Below, in pieces: positions 36,101 through 46,478 of a DNA stretch of 46,478 nucleotides. A model generated the notes under the pieces. That model did not search any database. It was not told where the DNA came from and saw nothing but the letters and a program-made list of their open reading frames with translations. Source of the DNA: Phoronis australis (taxonomy: Eukaryota > Animalia > Phoronida); the NCBI GenBank assembly GCA_002633005.1, contig NMRA01000122.1:227908-274385 (forward strand), written 5' to 3'. Each line of letters begins with the position of its first letter. The first letter of the stretch is position 1. The position numbers were made by a program, and so were the translations under genes.

Positions 36101-39100
36101 ACAGCCAATGGTGACCCTCAGAAGCCACTCTGTTCCAGTTGAAAAGTCACATATTTGGGATTGGCTTGTTGAAGTCAGCTGTAATGAGAGGCGTGTCTAT
36201 TGAGACAACATTCTTGTGGTTAGAGTTAAGTTGAGTAAAAGCACCCCTCTGAATAACTTCTATAGTGTTCACTGCAGAATTTGAATCTGGAATAAAGTTT
36301 GTGGATTCCAAATTGAATTTCACTCCTGATGCAGAAAGTGACAACTGCTGCTATAGTACATGACTAAAGTAACCTGTACAAAACCCCTGTTATGATTGAT
36401 GGCTATAATTCTGCTAATTATGAAAATAACTGATAATGACAATTTTTGACAAAAAATGTTCGTTAAAATTGCCTTTTTTTCAAAGGCTAAGGCTAAATTG
36501 CCTTTTTTCAAAGGCTTCTACATGTTTCAGATGATAACTTTGGTACAAAACTTGAACATGAAAAATCATGAACTTAGTGCTACATATCTTCTAGGGAAAG
36601 GGTTAGAAAGTAAGATTTCACTCGTCGGCTATATTGTGTTCTAAATTAGTGACATTTTGCCATAACAGTGACAAAAATCAATTCCATAATGGCTCAAACC
36701 GCCTTTTCGACTTTCTGGTTAATTCTCCTATACATTGTCTATCATCATGGAGAACCTTGGCTACTCTGACCATGACGTCAGCTTTTGTCCAGTCATCACA
36801 AAGAAAAGTTTCCAGTCTGAATGCTTTTGGCATGTACTGATTTTCTTTGCATGCGGGAACTGGTTAGAAAAGTTTCAGTTTTCAGTGTGTTGGTGTATTG
36901 TTCCATGTGATGTTCCGTAATAAACAGAGGGCTGCCTTGTAGTTTAGAATCGGCATGATACATCAGCAAACAACCGTTTATTACTCTTTTGTTGAAAGGT
37001 TAATAAATACTGGCGCTGTTTCAGGTTCTTTCTTATCCTTCCTTCCTGTGACTAGAAGAAATATTTGCAATTGATAGTGACTTTAAAATGTTCCCAAAAT
37101 TTCCTGTACATTTTATACCCCCTTCACATTCTGGCTGAAGGGCTAACAGTTTTTTCTTACACTTTCGCTCTATAGAAATGAAAACGCCAATAGCCATCTT
37201 ACTTGAAGACACTGTGCTGAAGCTAGCACACCAATAGCCATCTTACTTGAAGGCATTTTGTTGAAGCTAGCACACCAATAGCCATCTTACTTGAAGACAC
37301 TGTGCTGAAGCTAGCACACCAATAGCCATCTTACTTGAAGACACTGTGCTGAAGCTAGCACACCAATAGCCATCTTACTTGAAGACATTGTGCTGAAGCT
37401 AGCACACCNNNNNNNNNNNNNNNNNNNNNNNNNNNNNNNNNNNNNNNNNNNNNNNNNNNNNNNNNNNNNNNNNNNNNNNNNNNNNNNNNNNNNNNNNNNN
37501 NNNNNNNNNNNNNNNNNNNNNNNNNNNNNNNNNNNNNNNNNNNNNNNNNNNNNNNNNNNNNNNNNNNNNNNNNNNNNNNNNNNNNNNNNNNNNNNNNNNN
37601 NNNNNNNNNNNNNNNNNNNNNNNNNNNNNNNNNNNNNNNNNNNNNNNNNNNNNNNNNNNNNNNNNNNNNNNNNNNNNNNNNNNNNNNNNNNNNNNNNNNN
37701 NNNNNNNNNNNNNNNNNNNNNNNNNNNNNNNNNNNNNNNNNNNNNNNNNNNNNNNNNNNNNNNNNNNNNNNNNNNNNNNNNNNNNNNNNNNNNNNNNNNN
37801 NNNNNNNNNNNNNNNNNNNNNNNNNNNNNNNNNNNNNNNNNNNNNNNNNNNNNNNNNNNNNNNNNNNNNNNNNNNNNNNNNNNNNNNNNNNNNNNNNNNN
37901 NNNNNNNNNNNNNNNNNNNNNNNNNNNNNNNNNNNNNNNNNNNNNNNNNNNNNNNNNNNNNNNNNNNNNNNNNNNNNNNNNNNNNNNNNNNNNNNNNNNN
38001 NNNNNNNNNNNNNNNNNNNNNNNNNNNNNNNNNNNNNNNNNNNNNNNNNNNNNNNNNNNNNNNNNNNNNNNNNNNNNNNNNNNNNNNNNNNNNNNNNNNN
38101 NNNNNNNNNNNNNNNNNNNNNNNNNNNNNNNNNNNNNNNNNNNNNNNNNNNNNNNNNNNNNNNNNNNNNNNNNNNNNNNNNNNNNNNNNNNNNNNNNNNN
38201 NNNNNNNNNNNNNNNNNNNNNNNNNNNNNNNNNNNNNNNNNNNNNNNNNNNAATAGTCATCTTAGCAGGCTTTTATGCAGCGTACGTCCTGGGCGTCCAA
38301 ATGGACGCCCTGGCACTAATCTTGAGGCCCTGGCAAGGATGCCCAATGTATCATTTGAACGCCCACTGTCAATAGGAACCTTTCAAGTTTGGACTCACAC
38401 ATTGTAATGAATACTAGGAAGCCTCTGAAAGCTCACAGTGGGGGCTCTTTTTTCAAACCAAGAAGAAATATTCAATGTATATACAAAGTATATGCATTGT
38501 TGCTATTTTGACACTTGATTGACAGCATTGTAAAAGTCTTGGTCTACACAGTTTTTTTAGTAAAAATGCTCACCATAGAAGGCTGTTTTATAAACTTAGA
38601 TGTAAAATCCTTGATCTATGCATTTTTTGTAAAAAAAATCTGTGTTTGGGGGTATTGCTGGGGGTGGGGGGTTACGCCTCGGAATCATGGACGCTCTGGA
38701 ATATTGGGAACCCCATTTTGGACATCCTATTTTCAAAATCCTGGATAAAGGCCTGCATCTTAGGGCATTGTGCTGAAGCTATCACACCAATAGCCATGTT
38801 ACTTGAAGGCATTGTGCTGAAGCTAGCACACTAATAGCCATGTTACTTGAAGACACTGTGCAGAAGCTAGCACACCAATAGCCATCTTACTTGAAGACAT
38901 TGTGCTGAAGCTAGCACACCAATAGTCATCTTACTTGAAGGCACTGTGCTGAAGCATAACAGATACGTATAAAGCAAAGAAATTTTCATACAAACTCATT
39001 AAAGGTTTAATCCATATTGTAATATCGCGTTCAGATGAGAAATGTTTACAAGAATTCGGATAGGCTGTGGGCTCTGAAGGCAGATCAGCTGCTGAAGTAT

Positions 39101-42100
39101 AACGAGCATTTACAAAGGAGTCTTGTCTGAACAACCATCTTTCAGGTTATTAGTGTCATAGGAAGACATTACCTACCGTCAACTATTTTGTGTATTTCAA
39201 AATGGTTTCAAATGTGATCTATTATGAACTGTTCAAGTTGCCAACATTGCAATATAAAATTGAAGTCTTTAGCCACAAAATGACGTCAAATCAGCCCCTG
39301 AAGATTGTAAATAACTAGAGCGCTTTGAATACGATGTGTTTTACCTCTACAAAAGATAGCTTTTCTCTGACGAAGTCTTGGACATATGCCTTGTGAACTA
39401 TGACCATGCAAATTTAAGTTTTTAATTCTTTCCTTTCCAATAGGATGTCGTTTGTCAGAATTATCTTTTGGGATATCTGTGCGTGCCTGTGTATCTGCTG
39501 CTGAGTATTTCTTCTAAATTCTCTATTTCACTGTCACGAATCTAGTTGACCTATGACCTATCAGTTGACCTTTGACCTATCGACCATTTGGGGATGACCC
39601 TAACCTGGGCTTGGTTGTATAAAAGCTATACGCTAGATATCAACATTAATGTCGCACCATCACGTGAGACCTCTTGTTGAACAGTGCATTTTATGTAAGG
39701 CAACTATCAAACTTGTCCAGTGGATAAGTTTTAAAATTTCATTTGACCTAGCCTTGTGCATATGAACGTACTTTCTTTGTAAGCTAAGACTAGCTTGTAT
39801 TATCTTATTTAGATCCAGTCAGATTATCTCCACATGCTTTGTTTTCATACGAAATAAGCATGGCATTATCTTGTAATATTGTGCATCAAAAGCAATGCCA
39901 AGCAATCATGCTTTTGATAACTGGACTTCATTTCTGATGCCTCCCTTTTTCGCAAATTGTATCCTTGCCAAACTGATTTTGAGAGGACTTGCAAAATGTA
40001 ATTGATTTCTACGACATGTTTGGCAGCTCTAGGTGAGTCGACTCACTGACTAGACAGTCACACCATCTGGTGACTGGGGGCACATAATTCCATATTCCAG
40101 TAAAGCTCATTTTATGGGACAGATTTGTAGAAATCCTAAGAAAACACAGGCATTCAAGGTTGTTTGGCTACTAACATGTTTGTTTCTTATTTCAGTTGGT
40201 TGACAACCACACTCTGTTTGATTACGATGTCGGCCTTAATCAAGTGGTCCAAATTATGGTGCTACCGCCTGCTGCACCTAAACTTGAGGTGTCACGTGAT
40301 GACAGTTCAGATGAGACATCCTCAGATAAGGAAAATAAAGAGGTAGGTAAATTTGGCTTTANACATACTTGTTTACTGAAGTTTACCATTGTAACCACAA
40401 TGCAACATTCTGACCCATTTCCAATATGGCGGCGTTGCAACTCCGCTATTGTGCATTGGAGATTCTGATGGGCCAGAAAATGCATCGGGTTTGTTTTGAA
40501 GAACTCAGTGTTGCGGCATTCTATAGAAATAGCCAGAGAGTGATCTTGAAAAGTTGTAGCATTTTCAAAATTCCTAATTTGCGACATGTTTTCTGCCAAT
40601 CTCTAACGCGAGATAAGTGTCAAGTGTACTATCTTAAATATTGTAAATAACTTGGCAAAAAGTAAACCTTTGTCTCGTCTTGGGGCTCAAGGAAAATTTG
40701 ATAGTAGATGTTGAATACCTTTGTCAGTCACCTTATTGTGGCTCACTGTCATGCCAGTCATAAAAATGTACATTCCATTATTTAAATCAAGAATGTTGCC
40801 ATTGGATACTGTGGTAGTTTCAATGTCAGTAGATATAAAGAACCCTGTTTTAGAATGAACGAACAACCGCTCATGTTTACAGTCGTGTTGGAGTCCACTC
40901 CACGTACCGTTTGCAACTTGCTAACGGACGTATTGACTTTGGTTCTAAAATTTAACCTCTTGTTGCCAATTTAATGAGTTATAAAATGCAGTCATGCCTT
41001 GAAAGCTCAGAAAAACTTTAACAAGTTGAGACCAGCAATATAGTACTCAAGCGTCGCATTTGAATGTTGACATTTTTACACTGAAATCGGAATGTGCCTT
41101 TAAAAGCAGCTGTAGTCTTGATGGTGATTTGTGAAAAGCCATAAGCCTTCTGTTACATTACAATCATTGTTTTCATGTCAAGTTAAAGACGAGCCTTGCT
41201 ATTCCCTGCTTTAATTTGTTTCCAGCCTGAGCCTATGGAAGCCGAGCCCAGCATAAGCACTGAAGATTTCACTGCTTCCACATACAAGGTTAGCAAAAAG
41301 GCCTTTGTTTCTTTGAAACTATTTTGCTTTTATTCAACAAATGTTACTATTCTCCAGATAATCTACACATCTACTCAGTACGTCTGCACAGTACCCGTCT
41401 GCTCAGTAGGTAGCGCCGATGTTTGGATACAGATTTAATAGTCAGTTTTGCAAAAAAAGGATTATAGAAAAAATCACAGGGCTCAATACTTGGGGTAATG
41501 CCAAATCGGCCTATGCAACTTGGCAAAATTCCCAGGTCACTAAATGGGGAATGAAGTTACCAAAACGAGGAAACCGGTATGTGAGAGCATCTGAAGCAAC
41601 TCCAGTATTTTATAAAGCCTTCTATACATGGATATCAACACCTAACTCTAAAAACAAAGACTTTTTTTACCAAAGCGATAATTAATGATTGTCTAGTGAT
41701 GTATCATCATTAATCTAAACTATTATGATGTACGGTGCACTGTTCTCCACATCTGAAAATATAAACAGGTTGTTTGCGTGAAAACACCAACAAGGCATGC
41801 TGTGTGCAAAAGTCCCAGCCTTTTGTTTTTGCCAAACAATTCCAACTCCGTTTGTTTCCTTCCCACAGTATTTTGAACTCGTGCTCGGATGTGTGCATGG
41901 CAACTTCATGGTGAATTGGGATTTCTACGAGGTCAATGAATGAAATCTGAGGCCGCATTGGCGACTTGCATGTTGCCAAATCGAGCCCTCTAATCAGGTT
42001 TTGGTTACTTGTCCCACTTACATAGCAGGTACAGGATGACTATTCTCCAAGGGGTACCAATAAAGAGTCTTCTTTTTGTCTTCTGAATAAAATGAGAGCA

Positions 42101-45100
42101 GAAAGCAGTTGATCAACATAGGGTTATTTGTGTGATGAAGATCCCGCGTGATTAACTTAATGCTGTCATTTCTACTGGATGGCCCTCTGCTACTCTTGCG
42201 ACAACTAGTGAATTTCGAGTTCTCAATTTTGAAATAACTAAACAGTGTATATGGAAAGCACATTGTGTTCAATACTTAGAATGAAGTTGTGTATTGCTCC
42301 CTTCTTTTCTAGGATGCTGTGTGACTTGAAAAGAATTTAATTTTGTCACGTTTTGCGCGAAAACGACCAGTCAGAGCAAGAAGTTGAAACAACCAGAATC
42401 TGAGGGCGATGTGCACCTCATAGCACCTAAGTGAACGTTTTTTGTTTCTTACAGGTGGGGGACATTGTCGACTGTCGTGATCCTACCATGGGGGCTTGGT
42501 TTGAAGCAAGGATTATAAGTATCTCACTGGCACCAAAAGACACTACAAATGATAGTCAAACTGCTGAAACAGAAAGTTCAAGTAAAAATTCTGAAAAGAC
42601 TGCCACAGACAATGCAGAACCTGTTGATAATAATAATAGTAAACCTTCTGATGAAGCTGTTGGTGCTAAGGAGGAAATCTCATCTGATGGAGAGGAAGTA
42701 CCAGCATTCAATGGTCACACCGAGGATATCAAGTCACCTGATGAAGGAGTTGAAGACGATGAGTTTGTCTATTACATCAAGTACGAAGGGTACGTGAAGG
42801 AAAATGATTTTCTTTGCGTAATTTGCTTCAGTGTCTGCTGTGCTGTTCAGAAAAGGAATATTGGTACTTGTGTATATTATCTGGGGGTTTTTTTTGATAA
42901 TAGAACGTGCTTCGTAAACAGCTTTTTGTGTCACAACACTTCCTTGGATTGTGTATAGTTATTAGGTTTGGCATGTAAGTTATGCACAATGGCTATCATT
43001 GGGGGGGTTTTGTTGTCATGCTTCTGCACTATTAAAGTAGATTGTAGTAGTTGTGTTCATTTTGTTATTATGCAGTTTGCTTGTTTGCTGTGTCTTTTCA
43101 GATTTCTCTTGTGGGGTTTGTGTTGGCTTCTGCTTGTTGCTTTTAACCGAGAAAGAAAAATCATTTTTGGGAGTTGATGACTCATGTTATAAAAACGAAA
43201 TACCACATATTAAGAGGTATTTGTTAAATTACTTAATAATGCATGCGACCTGCAAAGTATTGTGGATAATTTTCTGGCCAATTGTCATGTTTAGGCTATA
43301 AGTATTACGCCATTATCCATTTAAAATCTCCCAGAAATGACTATCTTGCGTCGCTCTTCTTTTTCCAACCTCTCCCTTGCCAGTTGTTCTTGCTTCTTGT
43401 AAAATGTCATTTTCTGTTTTCCTGATTGAATTTCTTCAGTAGGTATGAAGAAGATGAACCAGAAAAGTTACGCTCGCGCAACATTCGGCCACGCTGTTGC
43501 AACATAGTTCAATTCAAGGACGTCCAAATAGGTATGTGCTTAAAAATTGAAGGTGTGATGGGAGCGCCATCTATTATGGGGTTTTGAGTTCAGTCAGTTA
43601 AGACTAAGTTTAGTTCCAGAAGTTAGAGTGAGTTGTTATATTTTAAACGGGTGTAAGATGGTCAATTCCTTATTTGGTACTTCCGATGACGAAATTTTAG
43701 TTGTATTGATTCGTTTTTACATTTAACTTGAGACCCCTATTGTAGAGTAATTTGGAACATTCGCGGTGCGAATATGCCATTGGCCCCCACACGCTCAAAC
43801 TTCGGATTCTGTCGGGTCTCGATTCTATCCGCAAGGAATTCCAACCAAACAAACAAACTAACTGTTTGGGCCTTTTTAATTTGGACTTTAACATTTTTCG
43901 GTGTATTTCTCTTGCTTATAAATTCTTAGGGTTATAAGTCAAAGTTAAGATGTCAACAGAAGTTAGTGATGAGTTGTAAGTTTGTAGATATGCATTTCAT
44001 ATTTAGTGCACAATAAACTCAGTATATTTATCATCTTCTCTTGTTTCTCTCTCTATAAGTTGTCACCATGGTTCTTTCTTATGCGATTCGAACGAGTGAA
44101 AAAGTACACAACACTGCAAATATTTTTATCGGCTACGAACACTCGACATTTTAGATTCTAAGTAGATCGGTGCTGGTCGCTCCACCAATTCCCACTTGTT
44201 TGCATAAGTTGACGTCCATGCATGTTGAAAACGAGGTTTTAGAATGTTTCATGTTGTGAGTAAAGTTCTAAATCTAATGCTTTGGTGGTTTTACACATGA
44301 TTTGTTTTGCATTTAAGGTGATAAAGTGATGGTGAACTTTAACTATGATGAACCCCTGGCTCGAGGGTATTGGTATGATGCAGTTATCACAGCTAAGAGA
44401 GACACTCGTACCATAAAGGAACTATTCGCTACAGTTTTCCTGGGGTTAGCTTTTGAAAACTGGTCACTGTCTAATGTCATGTCTTCAGTATGTCTCTGGC
44501 TGTTTGCAACACTGCTGGATCATTGGTTTTGTTTTGTACTATTTTTTTACATTTATCATTTGTTCTAATGTTCCCAGTTAGACTGGGCTAACACAGGTAA
44601 TGCTGTGGCCAATATCATGAAGCATGCATATTAACCAAATTCCAATTGTTTCTTTTGAAGAAATAATTCAGGTCACTAAGTAAGGCAAGTTGAGTCTTTA
44701 TATTTAAGTGGGAAGGTTAGGCTATTTCTAGAGTGGCTCCTAAGCTGGGCATTTGTAGGTTGGCAAACTTTTTGTCTCATTTGAAGTCTTGTGTGCTCAT
44801 TATCCCTTTTTGAAACCAAAATTAAGTTCATAATCTTGATTATAGGGTGCTTTGCATTAATTTTATTTGAATGGAAGACTGTCATTAATCAGAATAGCCT
44901 CCTGAAACAACTTACGTTCACCACAAGACAAAAGTAGTCCGATAAAATACCATTTCCCTGTCATGATGGATAATTCTGTTAACTACACAAGTGGCTGGTA
45001 ATAGCCATGTAGATGGCAGCATTCTAATTACAGAAAGACTTAATCACCTATTTCCTGTTAATTTCTCTTCATTCTCGGACATGAGGGAAGGCTACTATGA

Positions 45101-45728
45101 TAGTGAAGTCTGCTTGCTCTCAGTCATCTTGCCGGAGAATTTCGGGCCTGAATACTTTTGTCTTTTACTGTAGTAGTAACGTCATTTTTAAAATTGTTGG
45201 GTCTATTTACGCCAACCCGTAGGCCCTAGCCTCTTTAGCTTGGCATGACATTTCGGTTGTCCGTTTCTTTGGTCATTTTCAGGTGTTACTGGTTTTTTAG
45301 ACACGAGCACAGATGCGTGGTATATTTATAGTGGTCAATGATGAGCACTTTCTTGGCATTGTATTAAGTAAGCTAGAGATTGGTGTTAATAAATCAATAG
45401 ATTTTAGAAATAATGAAATTAATGAAAATATTTGTACTGCCCTCCGGTATGGGTTGTTCATCTGGTTAAAGACAGCTGTGCAGGTGTGTTCGACATTTGT
45501 TTTAAGTAGCAACTGTTTTTACTAAATTGTTCAGGACAGAGTATCCTAATCTGGTATGTAGTTTGGCACCAGGTGGAGCTGCCTCTTCAAACTTTCCTGT
45601 TTCTTCCAGAGCTGACCTAATGCCACTGAAGGATTGTAAACTAGTGTTCATCTATGAGTTGTATGCAATAGAGAAGGCTGGTAGTCAGAAAAACGTGGAA
45701 AGTCACACTGAAGCACTGCCGAAAATAA
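33043..45728 (+). CDS. UHRF1: E3 ubiquitin ligase UHRF1, first 7 coding exons (UBL + tandem Tudor domain); 3'-truncated by window
   Basis: join(33043..33195,40196..40342,41226..41288,42455..42789,43443..43531,44318..44444,45610..45728). Motifs: MWIQVRSFDG, LSKLTKIEELR, LYYRGKQ, HTLFDYDVGLNQVVQIMV, YKVGDIVDCRD..MGAWFEA, YYIKYEGY, NIRPR, VMVNFN.DEP..RGYWYDA. The PHD, SRA and RING exons lie beyond the window. Confidence 0.95.
33584..34132. mobile_element. MITE family A, near full-length fold-back copy
   Basis: Starts GACTGACCACCGTCTCTAG; ~210-bp imperfect inverted arms at ~33620-33830 and ~33915-34115. Confidence 0.78.
34290..34490. mobile_element. MITE family A, degenerate left-arm fragment
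   Basis: AGCTTTTCAGCGAAAAATGCCTCGCACT...CCTTTTGTGCATAGAGG resembles 33648-33740. Confidence 0.55.
37187..38957. repeat. 44-bp minisatellite spanning a gap, interrupted by a MITE
   Basis: Unit CCAATAGCCATCTTACTTGAAGACACTGTGCTGAAGCTAGCACA on both sides of the gap at 37409-38251. Confidence 0.92.
38266..38755. mobile_element. hAT-type MITE with 8-bp TSD
   Basis: TIRs CAGGCTTTTATGCAG / CTGGATAAAGGCCTG (13/15 match); exact TSD CATCTTAG at 38258-38265 and 38756-38763. Confidence 0.85.
40196..40342 (+). CDS. UHRF1: UHRF1 exon 2
   Basis: tttcag | LVDNHTLFDY...SDKENKE | gtaggt. Confidence 0.93.
41226..41288 (+). CDS. UHRF1: UHRF1 exon 3
   Basis: ttccag | PEPMEAEP...TASTYK | gttagc. Confidence 0.88.
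41477..41990. mobile_element. Degenerate hAT-like MITE
   Basis: Ends CAGGGCTCAATACTTGG ... CCAAATCGAGCCCTC; TSD only partial (AATCA). A similar end, GTCGAGCCCTG, occurs at 2815-2825. Confidence 0.4.
42455..42789 (+). CDS. UHRF1: UHRF1 exon 4
   Basis: ttacag | VGDIVDCRD...YYIKYE | gtacgt. Confidence 0.93.
43443..43531 (+). CDS. UHRF1: UHRF1 exon 5 (NAGNAG acceptor; may start at 43440)
   Basis: cagtag | YEEDEPEKLRSRNIRPR...DVQI | gtatgt. Confidence 0.9.
44318..44444 (+). CDS. UHRF1: UHRF1 exon 6
   Basis: tttaag | DKVMVNFNY...ATVFL | gttagc. Confidence 0.92.
45610..45728 (+). CDS. UHRF1: UHRF1 exon 7
   Basis: ttccag | ADLMPLKDCKLVFIYELYAIEK...LPKI | gtaagt. Confidence 0.9.
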
Positions 45729-46478
45729 GTAAGTTTTTATTTGTTCCTGCTATTGCATATGTATCAAAGTTGTCTTTAAGTTTTTGAAATTACTGCTCTT
45801 GACTGACTGCATTTGACTGATGGCACGCCATATTCATTGTAATTTATCATAGTCACGCCACATGTATTTTGTAACCTAACTAATCCATTGCTTCCTGATA
45901 TGTGACCCACCACCACAAAATGAGTCTTAAGTCGGGATTTGCCATTTTTTAATTGTTATTTTTTCTAAAAACGCAGTGTTTTCTGATCATTTTCAGGTAT
46001 GAAATGTGTCCTTATCTTCACAAATGACCGAGTTATTGCCAATTCTATTCGGGGAAAGCGAAAATTTAGAGCTTTCAAAAGTCAAGGAAAATGGCCGACG
46101 AAAAGTGCCGACAGTGTCTTTAAAATTTCAATAGCAACCTGCAGTTGAATGCTACATTTCAGACTTATTAGTATGCACAACAACATAAACAAATAAAAGT
46201 AATAAAAATTAGAAAAAATATAGACCTTATCATGTAATCTCAGCCAAAAACGAGTGATATTCATGTTGGGTTGCTGCAACTGGGTCAATAAATTTCCCAG
46301 CTAATGTGTACAGGGTCAGTCCACTTGTGACAGGAGGGGTTACCGCAAGTAAAACAAGTAGTTAAAGTGTATTTTGGAGAAATTTAATAAAATGAAGTCC
46401 TGTAGATTACAAAATACACGTTCGTGGCTGATTTTTGTTCGAAATAATTCAAAATTTTACGCTAGTGTGAATAATTTT

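Noticed and set aside
34600-36400. Possible decayed coding sequence in UHRF1 intron 1 (ORF 34673-34993, minus strand)
   Set aside because: No recognisable motif, frames are interrupted, and there is no supportable splice model.
37355-38260. Long ORFs across N runs (also 3768-4077 and 6434-7012)
   Set aside because: Artefacts of assembly gaps.
45900-46478. Probable DNA-transposon fragment at the window end (also 1530-1886 ending CCTTAA)
   Set aside because: Only one terminus is visible, so there is no TIR pair or TSD to support a call.

Overview
Eukaryotic (invertebrate animal-type), AT-rich, intron-rich genomic DNA with three assembly gaps. From the left: (1) what looks like the 3' end of an LTR retrotransposon, made of an intronless TatD-family nuclease ORF truncated by the window edge, an AT-rich tail, a polypurine tract and a 301-bp TG...CA putative LTR; (2) an 11-exon plus-strand gene for an unrecognised ~429-aa coiled-coil protein; (3) a complete 8-exon DHCR24 gene on the minus strand (~521 aa); (4) head-to-head with it, 384 bp away, the first 7 coding exons of a UHRF1 gene, which runs off the window. 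Introns hold MITEs, tRNA-derived SINE fragments and minisatellites, several anchored on splice sites or transposon ends. The most unusual signal is the TatD nuclease apparently carried as cargo in the env-like position of an LTR element. Exon models were built by hand from GT-AG sites and frame continuity; no database searches were possible.
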